From Malacoraja senta (taxonomy: Eukaryota): a DNA stretch of 64,000 nt. The position numbers and the translations under genes are program-made. The stretch lies in contig JAXLNO010000146.1 of assembly GCA_038087875.1 (NCBI GenBank), forward strand, positions 1-64,000. The letters are read 5' to 3'. The notes below the pieces were generated by a model, which worked only from the letters and a program-made list of their open reading frames with translations, made no database searches and was not told the origin of the DNA. This document shows positions 49,431 through 61,570 of the stretch, one piece after another; position 1 is the first letter of the stretch; each line of letters begins with the position of its first letter.

Positions 49431-50529
49431 AGGTACACAAAAGTGCTGGAGAAACTCAGCGGGTGCAGCAGCATCTATGGAGCGAAGGAAATAGGCAACG
49501 TTTCGGGCCGAAACCCTTCTTCAGACTGATAGGGGGTGGGGGGAAGAAAGGAAAAAAGGAAAAAGGCGGAGGAGGAGCCCGAGGGCTGGGGGAGGGGAGG
49601 AGACAACCAGATGGCTGATGAAGGGGAGGGGACAGCAAGGGCTAGCAGAATTGGGAGAATTCAATGTTCAAGCCCCCAGGATGTAGACTGCCCAAGCGGA
49701 ATATGAGGTGCATTTCCTCCAATTTACGGTGTTGCTCGCTGTGGCCATGGAGGAGACCCAGGACAGAGAGGTCAGATACGGAATGGGAGGGGGAGTTGAA
49801 GTGCTGAGCCAACTCAGGTTGGTTATTGCGGACCGACCGGAGGTGTTCGGCGAAACGATCGCCAAGCCTCCGCTTGGTCTCACCGATGTAGATCAGCTGG
49901 CATCTAGAGCAACGGATGCAATAGATGAGGTTGGAGGAGATGCAGGTGAACCTCTGTCGCACCTGGAACGACTGCTTGGGTCCTTGAATGGAGTCGAGGG
50001 GGGTGGTGAAGGGACAAGTGTTGCATCTCTTGCGGTTGCAAGGGAAAGTACCAGGGGAGGGGGTGGTATGGGAGGGAAGGGAAGAATTGACAAGGGAGTT
50101 ACGGAGGGAGCGGTCTTTGCGGAAGGCAGACACGGGGGGAGATGGGAAGATGTGGCGAGTGGTGGGGTCACGTTGGAGGTGGCGAAACTGACGGAGGATC
50201 ACTTGTTGTATGTGACGGCTGATGGGGTGAAAGGTGAGGACTAGGGGGACTCTGCCCTCGTTGTGAGTGGGGGGGATGGGGAGAGAGAGCAGTGTTGCGG
50301 GGTATGGCAGAGACCCTGGTGCGAGCCTCATCTATGGTGGAGGAGGGGAACCCCCGTTCCCTGAAGAATGAGGACATTTCAGATGCCCTGGTGTGGAAAG
50401 CCTCATCCTGGGAGCAGATGCGGCGTAGACGGAGGAATTGGGAGTGGGGGATGGAGTCCTTACAGGAAGCAGGGTGGGAAGAAGTGTAGTCCAGATAGCA
50501 ATGGGAGTCGGTGGGTTTGTAGTGGATGT
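49431..50529 (-). mobile_element. 5'-truncated Penelope-like element (RT C-terminus and GIY-YIG endonuclease)
   Basis: YKPTDSH.YLDYTSSHP; NLIYCIRCSRCQLIYIGETKRRLGDRFAEH; 13-bp TSD AGTTCTCTATCCA at 49418-49430 and 50530-50542. Confidence 0.95.
49494..49527 (-). ncRNA. Minimal type I hammerhead ribozyme motif
   Basis: Minus strand AGT-CTGAAGA-A-GGGT TTCG GCCC-GAAAC-GTT-GCC. Confidence 0.75.
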
Positions 50530-52197
50530 AGTTCTCTATCCACATCAATACTGAACCCCCAATACCGTGCGCTTTAAGTTTGTATACTAATCTCTTATGT
50601 GGGACCTTGTCAAAAGCCTTCTGAAAGTCCAGATACAACACATCCACTGGTTCTCCCCTATCCACTCTACTAGTTACATCCTCCACCCAGTCTAGAATAG
50701 CCTGCTCTCTCGTTGGTTCCTCTACATGTTGGTTAGATAACTATCTCGCATACATTCCAAGAAATCCTCTTCCTCAGCACCCCTGCCGATTTGATTCACC
50801 CAATCTATATGTAGATTGAAGTCACCCATTATAACTGTTTTGCCTTTGTCGCACGCATTTCTAATTTCCTGTTTGATGCCATCCCCAACTTCACTACTAC
50901 TGCTAGGTGGCCTGTACACAACACCCACCAGCGTTTTCTGCCCCTTAGTGCTTCGCAGCTCTACCCATACCGATTCCACATCCTCCAAGCTAATGTCCTT
51001 CCTTTCCACTGCGTTATTCTCCTCTCTAACCAGCAACGCTACTCCACCACCTTTTCCTTTCTCTCTATCCCTCCTGAATATTGAATATCCCTGGATGTTC
51101 AGCTCCCAGCCTTGGTCACCCTGGAGCCATGTCTCCGTGATCCCGACTATATCATAATCATTAATAGCTATCTGCACGTTCAACTCATCCACCTTATTAC
51201 GAATGCTCCTTGCATTGAGACACAAAGCCTTCAGGCTTGTTTTTACAACGCTCTTACCCCTTATACAATTATGTTGAAAAGTGGCCCTTTTTGATTTTTG
51301 CCCTAGATTTGTCTGCCTGCCACTTTTACTTTTCACCTTGCTACCTATTGCTTCCGCCCGCATTTTACACCCCTCTGTTTCTCTGCTCACCCATTTAAGA
51401 ACCCCACCACCTCTTATTCTCTGTTTATTATTGTTTTCTTCTTTCCCCCCTACATGTTGGGTCTGAGTGCTTTCCTTCTCTGCCTCCTGCCTCACACACT
51501 GTCTAATAGCTTTCTCTATTTGAGTCCCTCCCCCCAACCATTCTAGTTTAAAGTCTCCCCAGTAGCCTTTGCAGATCTCCCCGCCAGGATATCGGTCCCC
51601 CTCAGGTTCAAGTGCAACCCATCCTTTTTGTACAGGTCGCACCTTCCACAAAAGAGGTCCCAATGATCCAGAAATTTGAATCCCTGCCCTCTGCACCAGT
51701 CCTTCAGCCACGCATTTATCCTCCACCTTGCTCCATTCCTACTCTCACTGTCACGTGGCACAGGCAGTAATCCCGACATTGTTACCTTTGCTGTCCTACT
51801 CTTTAACTCCCCTCCTAACTCCCTAAATTCTCCTTTCAGGGCGTCTTCTCTTTTTTTACCTATGTCATTGGTACCTATATGTACCACGACCTCGGGCTCC
51901 TCTCCCTCCCCTTTCAGGATATCTTGGACACGTTGAGACACATCACAGACCCTGGCACCAGGCAGGCAAACTACTTCCTTAAGGGAGAAGATGTAATGAC
52001 CAGGGTGAGAAAGATCCTCGATTATGTTGGCTGCTTTGTTGTGTGAAGTGTAGATGGAGTCAATGGTGAGATGCCTGGTCTGCGTGATCAACTGGACTAC
52101 GTCCACAACTCTGCAGTTTCTTGTAGTCTTGGGCAGTTCAATTCAAGCTGTGATCAGATCAGATCAGAATTAATTTATTGGCAAGTATGTACAAATA

Positions 52198-55100
52198 CAT
52201 AGAAACATAGAAAATAGGTGCAGGTGTAGGCCATTCGGCCCTTCGAACCTGCACCGCCATTCAATATGATCATGGCTGATCATCCAACTCAGTATCCTGT
52301 ACCTGCCTTCTCTCCATACCCCCTGATCCCTTTAGCCACAAGGGCCACATCTAACTCCCTCTTAAATACAGCCAATGAACTGGCCTCAACTACCTTCTAT
52401 GGCAGAGAGTTCCAGAAATTCACCACTCTCTGTGTGAAAAATGTTTTTCTCATCTCGGTCCTAAAGGATTTCCCCTTTATCCTTAAACTGTGATCCCTTG
52501 TCCTGGACTTCCACAAGATCGGGAACAATCTTCCTACATCTAGCCTGTCCAACCCCTTAAGAATTTTGTAAGTTTCTATAAGATCCCCCCTCAATCTTCT
52601 AAATTCTAGCGAGTACAAGCCGAGTCTATCCAGTCTTTCTCCATATGAAAGTCCTGACATCCCAGGAATCAGTCTGGTGAACCTTCTCTGTACTCCCTCG
52701 ATTGCAAGAATGTCTTTCCTCAGATTTGGAGACCAAAACTGTACGCAATACTCCAGGTGTGGTCTCACCAAGACCCTGTACAACTGCAGTAGAACCTCCC
52801 TGCTCCGAAACTCAAATCCTTTTGCTATGAATGCTAACATACCATTCGCTTTCTTCACTGCCTGCTGCACCTGCATGCTTACTTTCAATGACTGGTGTGC
52901 CATGACACCCAGGTCTCGTTGTATCTCCCCTTTTCCTAATCGGCCACCATTTAGATAATAGTCTACTTTCCTGTTTTTGCCACCAAAGTGGATAACCTCA
53001 CATTTATCCACATTATACTGCATCTGCCAAACATTTGCCCACTCACCCAGCCTATCCAAGTCACCTTGCAGTCTCCCAGCATCCTCCTCACAGCTAACAC
53101 TGCCCCCCAGCTTCGTGTCATCCGCAAACTTGGAGATGTTGCATCCAATTCCCTCGTCCAAAATCATTAATATATATTGTAAATAGCTGGGGTCCCAGCA
53201 CTGAGCCTTCCTGTACCCCACTAGTCACTGCCTGCCATTGTGAAAAGGACCCCGTTTACTCCTACTCTTTGCTTCCTGTTTGCCAGCCAGTTCTCTATCC
53301 ACATCAATACTGAACCCCCAATACCGTGCGCTTTAAGTTTGTATACTAATCTCTTATGTGGGACCTTGTTGAAAGCATTCTGAAAGTCCAGATATAACAC
53401 ATGCACTGGTTCTCCCTTATCCACTCTACTAGTTACATCCTCGAAAAACTCTATAAGATTCGTCAGACATGATTTACCTTTCGTAAATCCATGCTGACTT
53501 TGTCCAATGATTTCACCACTTTCCAAATGTGCTGCTATCCCATCTTTAATGACTGACTCTAGCAGTTTCCCCACTACCGATGTTAGACTAACTGGTCTGT
53601 AATACCCCGTTTTCTCTCTCCCTCCCTTTTTTAAAAAATGGGGTTACATTAGCTACCCTCCAATCCTCAGGAACTACTCCAGAATCTAAGGAGTTTTGAA
53701 AAATGATCACTAATGCATCCACTATTTCTGGGGCTACTTCCTTAAGTACTCTGGGATGCAGCCTATCTGGCCCTGGGGATTTATCGGCCTTTAATCCATT
53801 CAATTTACCTAACACCACTTCCCGGCTAACCTGGATTTCACTCAGTTCCTCCATCTCATTTGACCCACGGTCCCCTGCTATTTCCGGCAGATTATTTATA
53901 TCTTCCTTATGAAGACAGAACCAAAGTAGTTATTCAATTGGTCTGCCATGTCCTTGTTCCCCATGATCAATTCACCTGTTTCTGACTGCAAGGGACCTAC
54001 ATTTGTTTTAACTAATCTCTTTCTCTTCACATATCTATAAAATCTTTTGCAGTCAGTTTTTATGTTCCCTGCCAGTTTTCTTTCATAATCTATTTGCCCT
54101 TTCCTAATTAAGCCCTTTGTCCTCCTCTGCGGGACTTTGAATTACTCCCAGTCCTCTGGTAGGCTGCTTTTTCTGGCTAATTTGTACGCTTCATCTTTTG
54201 TTTTGATACTATCCCTGATTTCCCTTGTTATCCACGGATGCACTACCTTCCCTGATTTATTCTTTTTCCAAACTGGGATGAACAATTGTTGTAGTTCATC
54301 CATGCAGTCTTTAAATGCCTTCCATTGCATATCCACCGTCAACCCTTTAAGAATCAATTGCAAGTCAATCTTGGCCAATTCACGTCTCATACCCTCAAAG
54401 TTAGCTTTCTTTAAGTTCAGAACCCTTGTTTCTGAATTAACAATGTCACTCTCCATCCTAATGAAGAACTCAACCATATTATGGTCACTCTAGCCCAAGG
54501 GGCCACGCACAACAAGACTGCTAACTAACCCTTCTTCATTACTCAATACCCAGTCTAGAATAGCCTGCTCTCTCGTTGGTTCCTCTACATGTTGGTTTAG
54601 AAAACTATCCCGCATACATTCCAAGAAATCTTCTTCCTCAGCACTCCTGCCAATTTGATTCACCCAAACTATATGTAGATTGAAGTCACCCATTATAACT
54701 GTTTTACCTTTGTTGCACGCATTTCTAATTTCCTGTTTGATGCCATCCCCATCTCCACTACTACTGTTAGATGGCCTGTACACAACACCCGCTAGCGTTT
54801 TCTGCCCCTTACTATTTCGCAGCTCTACCCATATCGATTCCACATCCTCCAAGCTAATGTCCTTCCTTTCCATTGCGTTAATCTCCTCTCTAACCAGCAA
54901 CGCTACCCCACCTCCTTTTCCTTTCTGTCTATCTGTCAAGTCTTCTAATGTTTTTGTGCAGATTCCCCGCTTGAAAGGGATCTGATTCATCCACCCCGAA
55001 ATGATGAACTGGATTTCACTCAATGACCAAACCACTTCTTTTTTATTCTTTTTTTTTCTCCTTTTATTTTGGCTGATTCAGCAATTAATTGACAGTTTCA

Positions 55101-57600
55101 CTTGATTTATTGCTTCAGCCATTACTTTGAAGGCATTTGGATGTTGTAGGTCTTAAGGTATTTAACAGTTTAGTCTTTTAGCAGGTGAAAAACTAGCTGC
55201 CAATCGGGTGCTGTAGATATTCAGTCCTGCATGCCTTCGCTGGCGATCGCGGCACTTTTTAGGACAGTCTCTTAGATTATACTGTTCAAGTTTTTAGCCG
55301 CAAGTCAACTTCCGTCTTTTCCTCACTTCCGGTGCTGTGTGCCCTTTTTTAAAGCCCTGGGCGGAACTCGGCTTATCTCCGCTTCTCTGTTCACGGTCGG
55401 GCTGACTGCTCCCGACCGGGCTTTCTCTGCTTTCTCCCCCCACCGGGTTGACTGTTCCCAGTTGGGCTGAAGACTCAGCCTCTTGTTGGTGGCTTTTCTG
55501 GACCTGTCCGTGGCCTTCACGGTACTAGGCCCCCACCCGACGTCTGTGGCTGCTGCTTGAGCTTGGCTGTGGGCTGAACAGCCCTGGATACATTCCAGGT
55601 AAGCTGACACCATGCTTGGTGACCCTTACTACCCCTACTTGATTTCCTAGCTCTTGCCTGAAACTTCCCGTTTCTACCTTTTTTCTTTTTGGCGCCAATT
55701 CAAAACCATTTGGCTTGGTGCTGTTCCACTTGTTTCCAAATACTACTATTTTTAACTTTTGTTTTTGATTCTTCTTGCTGGCCTTCTTCTTATCTTCGTT
55801 CTTTTATCCTCGTCGCCAATTGTTGTGTATTCGGATGCTTTGAACAGTCTTCAATAAAGGCTTGGACACGGGAGGAATCATACAAGCTTCTTTACTGCAG
55901 AACGCCACCTTGTCTTTTTTGCTCCTGCGTACTTGCCCCAGACATCACAAGACACCAATTACTTATCCTAATTATCCCATACCTAACACTCCTCCCCCTT
56001 TAACTTGGAGCCCGGTAACACCAATTATATTACATACATAATACTCCTCCCCCTTTAACTTGGAGGCAGGTAATACCTTTCATTACAGTTTGACTTGACA
56101 CTATCCCTCCTGAATATTGAATATCCCTGGATGTTCAGCTCCCAGCCTTGGTCACCCTGGAGCTATGTCTCCGTGATCCCAACTATATCATAATCATTAA
56201 TAGCTATCTGCACATTCAACTCATCCACCTTATTATGAATGCTCCTTGCATTGAGACACAACGCTCTTACCCCTTATACAATTATGTTGAAAAATGGCCC
56301 TTTTTGATTTTTGCCCTGGATTTGTCTGCCTGCCACTTTTACTTTTCACCTTGCTACCTATTGCTTCTACCCTCATTTTACACCCCTCTGTCTCTCTGCT
56401 CACACATTTAAGAAACCCACCACCTCTTATTCTCTGTTTATTCTTTTTTTCTTCTTTCCCCCCTACATGTTGGGTCTGAGTGCTTCCCTTCTCTGCCTCA
56501 CACACTGTCTACTAGCTTTCTCTATTTGAGTCCCTCCCCCCAACTGTTCTAGTTTAAAGTCTCCGCAGTAGCCTTTGCAAATCTCCCTGCCAGGATATTG
56601 GTCCCCCTCGGGTTCAAGTGCAACCCGTCCTTTTTGTACAGGTCACACCAAACACAAAAGAGGTCATAATGATCCAGAAACTTGAATCCCTGCCATCTGC
56701 ACCAGTCCTTCAGCCACGCATTTATCCTCCACCTCGCTCCATTCCTACTCTCACTGGCGCGTGGCACAGGCAGTAAACCCGAGATTGTTACATTTGCGGT
56801 CCTTCTCCTGAACTCTCCTCCTAACTCCCTAAATTCTCCTTTCAGGACTTCTCTTTTTCTACCTATGTCATTGGTACCTATATGTACCACGACCTCGGGC
56901 TCCGCTCCCTCCCATTTCAGGATAGCTTGGACACGTTCAGACACATCCCAGACCCTGGCACCAGGGAGGCAAACTACCATCCGGGTCTCCTGAGTGTGTC
57001 CACAGAATCGCCTATCTGACCCCCTAACTATAGAGTCCCCTATTACTACTGCCCTCCTCTTCTTTTCCTTACCCTTGTGAGCAACAGGGCCAGTCTCTGT
57101 ACCGGAGGCCCGGCCACTGTTGCTACCCCCAGGTAGGCGGTCCCCCCCAACAGTACTCAAACAGGAGTACTTATTGTCAAGGTGTACAGCCACCGGGGTA
57201 CTCTCTAGTCCCTGCCTCTGCCCCTTGCCCATCCTAACCGTGACCCACTTGCCTTCCTCCTGTGGTCTTGGAGTGACCACCTCTCTGTAACTCCTCTCTA
57301 TGACTTCCTCGCTCTCCCTGACCAGACGGAGGTCATCGAGCTGCTGCTCCAGGTTCCTAATACCTTAGTCCCTTAGGAGCCCCATCTCAATGCAGCTGGC
57401 GCAGATGTGGATGTCTGGAATGCTATCAGACTCCTTGACTTCCCACATCTGACATCCAGAACAGTAAACTGCCCTGGCACTCATACACCCCCCTTACCCT
57501 GGATACAATACAAAGTACAATACAATACAATACAAACTGCTGGAAGAAATCAGCAGGGATCTGACTCCCAATCAGCTGCTCCCTCTTGTCCCCTTCCACC
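52198..57600 (-). mobile_element. Near full-length CR1 LINE (ORF1 from ATG 57484, ORF2 APE-RT, 3' UTR), frameshifted, with an insertion at 54934-56100
   Basis: ORF1 Cys-rich start and SGNH esterase (VIGDSIVRG, HIGTND, DGLHLN); ORF2 pieces at 52397-56200; (TTCTATGT)n tail. Confidence 0.93.
54934..56100 (-). mobile_element. 1167-bp TG..CA insertion (solo-LTR-like or Ginger-like) with internal PPT-LTR-PBS unit
   Basis: TSD CTATC at 54929-54933 and 56101-56105; 9-bp terminal IR TGTCAAGTC; internal PPT AAAGGGGGAGGAG, then TGTTAGG...ACAACA (55988-55821), then PBS TGGCGACGAGGAT. Confidence 0.75.
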
Positions 57601-57675
57601 AATCTGCGGCTTCCTCAAGCCCACTTGTTTTGAAATGCGAATGGAACGTTGGAACGTTACAGATTTGGGTACTCC

Positions 57676-57975
57676 TCCTTCTGCGATTGCTCCAACGGCT
57701 CCTGGGCCTTTAAAAAACAAGTCCCGTGCTCGGGTTTTAAGCCTACCGCTCGGACGTTGCTCCTCCCTCTGCGACCGCTCCAACGGCTCCTGGGCCTCTG
57801 TAAAAAACAAGCCCCGTGCTCGGGTTTTAAGCCTACCGGTCGGACGTTGCTCCTCCCTCTGCGACCGCTCCAACGGCTCCTGGGCTTCTGTAAAAAAGAA
57901 GCCCCACGCTCGGGTTTTAAGCCTACCGCTCGGACGTTGCTCCTCCCTCTGCGACCGCTCCAACGGCTCCTGGGA
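57676..57975. repeat. CpG-rich tandem repeat, about 90-bp unit, about 3.3 copies
   Basis: CAACGGCTCCTGGG recurs at 57693, 57781, 57871 and 57961. Confidence 0.95.
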
Positions 57976-58150
57976 ATTTGACTTGGTGCTTTGTTCACAC
58001 AAGGTAAAAACATAATGTACAGCAGACAATTAAAAACAACTTTATAATATAAAAATGTTAAAATAAACTGCAAGAGGAAAAAGAGGCAGCTTTGCTATAT
58101 AGTGTACATGTTGATATCTAAAGTGCACTTTGAGAGATAGAGACCAGAAT

Positions 58151-59875
58151 TAGGCTGTGGGCCGAGCATCAAAAATGTGTCTAGAATTTAACTTTCGTGA
58201 CCCATGTCTCGGAACTACATGAAAGTTTGCACAGATTTAGATAAAATATAATTGAGAAGGAAGTCAAAACTCGTCAGTGCCAAAAGTTCCACATTAATTA
58301 ATTAAACTAATTAGAAAATGAGATCGAAAAAGTAAGCGCCATCTAGTGTCCAATGCCCATATTACGCCATGGGGAGCCTAATTCCGTGCTGTATATGTAT
58401 ATATATATGACTTGTGAATATGACTGTAATTATATATAATTATGTATAATTATATTGTATAATTATATTATATAAAAATAATATAATGAATATAATTGTG
58501 AGTGTGTATTTTGAATGAGACTGCCGCAGAGGTGCGGCTCCTAAACCAGCCTAATTAATGGGTGAGGGCAGTTCCTGTGGGTTGCCCCGTTTACTGAACC
58601 CCACTGACTGCCAGTGTGCAGAGTGGGGGTCACGGCCATAGTGGGACAGGGACAGGGACAGTCCCAGGCTGGGGGAAGGCTAAGGCATCTTCCACTGACA
58701 GGAAATTGCCCAACCCTAACCCTAACTCGCTCCCCTTCCAGAGCTGCACACGGCTGGAGCTGGAGCTGCTTTGGGACCGGCTGCGGGCTCCGTACGTGTG
58801 GCCCCGCAGCGCGTCCACCTCGGCCAGCATGCCCTTCTCGATCATCGTGGTGATGATGGTGGTGAGCAGCACTGCCCTGCACGCTGCCCGGGCCGCCTTC
58901 AGCACCACCCATAGCGCCGGCTCCGCCAGTCCGCCCGCTCGCTCGCTGCAACACCGGCCTACCGACAGCCCAACCGACTACTCGCAGCACCCACCGTCTG
59001 TCCGACCACTCTCACCACCCACCGGCGGCCCAACCCGACCAACCGATCTCACCAACTATCGGAGGCCCGGCCCGACCGACCACTCTCACCACCCACCGGC
59101 GGCCCGGCCCGACCGACCGCTCTCACCACCCACCGGATGCCCGGCCCGACTGACCACTCCCACCACTCACTGGAGGCCCAGCCCGACCGACCACGCTCAT
59201 CAGCCACCGGAAGCCCGGCCCAACCGACCACTCTCACCACCCATCGGAGGCCCGGCCCAACTCTCACCACCCACTGATGGCCCGATGGCCTGACCAATCC
59301 TCCACAGCATCCATCAGCCTACCGACAAGCCCGACCGACAGTGACCGACTGAATAACCGACTGAATAGCCGACTGACCGACTGAATACCCGACTGACCGA
59401 CTGATTATCCGACTGACTGACTGACCCTAACCCTGATCCTAACCTTAGCTCTACATTTGTTATTTATCATTTTTATTTAACAGTTCACATCATAACTTTA
59501 TAAAGATAAATCAATTGAAAAACTAAATTATCAGTAAGGTTAGCATTACCTTTATTCCTTGGAAACGTTGCTATTGTTTTGATGTAATTAAGAGGCAGCC
59601 ATGATCCCAGAGTACTTGCTGCCTAGCGACCATAAAACAAAGCGCGGGATTGGTCAATTTGCGTCCGACCTCAATGTCAAACGTGCATTGATTGGACAAT
59701 TACTACTCGGAAAATTTGAGGTTTTTCTCATATTTTTAAAAAAGGTGCAGGTTTTGGTCTTGGCGAGTTTCAGGTTTGATTTATATAATATTTTTACACA
59801 ATATGTTAAAAATTCAGGTAGTTCCGTGATTTGCGTCACGAACTTGAACGAAAAAACTCCTCGGCCCACAGCCTA
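58151..59875. mobile_element. Non-autonomous Academ-type element
   Basis: Perfect 16-bp TIR TAGGCTGTGGGCCGAG; 3-bp TSD AAT at 58148-58150 and 59876-59878; left end homologous to the Academ remnant at 27306. Confidence 0.85.
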
Positions 59876-60144
59876 AATGTATACAGTAGGTGCAATGAGA
59901 CCTGATGGTATGCTTTCTACGATGGATCTGCAGACGTTGGTACGAGTTGTTATCAATGTCGAGTTTCCTTAGTCTGCTGAGGAGGAGAGGCATTGGAGTG
60001 ATGTTTTGGATGATTGACCGCTTTTTAAGTGCTGCTTGAGAGCACTGTTGATGACAGCTTCCATTTCTGATGATTAAAATTGGACTGATTGCGTGTTAAT
60101 TAGGTGGATTGGCCTTTTTACTACCTTTTGTGAACAGGGCATAG

Positions 60145-61570
60145 TTAATAATTTTATTTATGGACGCCTTTCAGAACACTCAAGGACACCTTACAGTTAA
60201 AACAAGCAAATTACAAATATATAAATAAAATTAAACAAAAACAACATATCCATGTATTTGATAGAAAGTGGAGTTACGTGGGATAGGCCAGTCTGAATAG
60301 GTGAGTTTTGAGGGAGGTTTTAAGGGTGGGGAGAGACTCTATGAGTACGGATGGATAGTGGGAGAGAGTTCCAGAGGTGAGGGGCAGAACGGCTGAAGGC
60401 TCTGAACCCCATCGTGGACAGGCGGACAGATGGAGTGGAGAGCAGGAAGGAAGAAGAGGATCAGAGAGTTCGGGATGGAGTGTAAGGCTGGAGGAGTTCA
60501 GAGAGGTATGGAGGAGCGAGATTGTGGAGGGCTTTGAAAGTGAGGAGGAGAATCTTAAAATCAATGCGGTATTGGACAGGGAGCCAGTGCAGTTGTTTGT
60601 GGATGGGAGTGATGTGTTCAGTGGATAGGGTTCTGGTGATAATGCGGGCAGCTGAGGTCGACCAATTGGAGTTTATGGATGGACTTGTGGGGTAAACCAG
60701 AGAGGAGAGAGATACAATAATCAATACGGGAGGTGACGAGGGCGTGGATGAGAGTAGCAGTGCTGTTAGTTGTGAGTGATGGACGAAGACGGTGGATAGT
60801 GCGTAGGTGAAAGTAAGCAGACCGAGTGAGATCATTGATGTGTTTTTCAAAAGAAAGCGTGCTATCAAGGATGACACCCAGACTCTTGACCTGAGGGGAA
60901 GGAGGGACTATGGAATTGTCAATGGTGAGTGAGAAATTGGGACATTTCGATTGGGTGGATTTGGAGCCAACAAGGTGAATTTCAGTTTTGTCACTGTTGA
61001 GTTTGAGGAAGTTGTGAGCAAACCAGGTTTTAATTTCCACTAAGCAGTCAGACAGGGAAGAGGGAGGAAGCATGGAAGTATGTTTGGTGGACAGGTAGAG
61101 CTGGGTGTCATCTGCCTAGCAGTGAAATTGAATGTTGTATTTCCTGAAAATAAAACCAAGGGGAAGTAAATAAATTATAAAAAGGAGGGGCCCTAGGACT
61201 GAGCCCTGGGGAACACCACTGGTGACTGGGGAGGGTTGTGATTGGACATTTTTAAGTTGTACAAACTGAGCGCGGCCGGAGAGGTCTGATGTGAACCATG
61301 TGAGTGATGTGTTGATGATACCAATGGAGGCTAGACGGTCAAGGAGGATGTTGTGAGAGATGGTGTCGAAGGCAGCAGTCAAATCAAGAAGGATGAGTAT
61401 GGTGAGAAAACCGGAGTCGGCAGCCATCAGCAGGTCGTTGGTGACCATGACTAATGCTGTTTCTGTGCTATGGAGAGGGCGAAAACCAGATTGAAATTGT
61501 TCATAGAGGTTATTGCTGATGAGATGATTATGAACCTGTGCAGCAACAGTTTTTTCTAATATTTTAGAGA
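60145..61570 (-). mobile_element. L2 LINE 3' part, frameshifted
   Basis: [44 protein letters not shown]. Confidence 0.9.

Larger units (their letters stand above)
48346..51976 (-). mobile_element. Young CR1 LINE with internal deletion; ORF1 esterase end, APE endonuclease, RT; interrupted by Penelope
   Basis: VVVHIGTNDIG, DGLHLN; LNARSIRNK, GITETWL, GDFN; PQGSVLGP, KFADDTKL. Confidence 0.92.

Noticed and set aside
57676..57975. CRISPR-like array
   Set aside because: The units repeat in full with no unique spacers, there are no cas genes, and the context is eukaryotic.
58710..58726. Telomeric CCCTAA repeats (also about 59424)
   Set aside because: Only 2-3 units inside a MITE; not an interstitial telomere array.
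58616..59293. 225-aa plus-strand ORF
   Set aside because: Mostly GC-rich tandem repeat plus the antisense of the exon-like segment.
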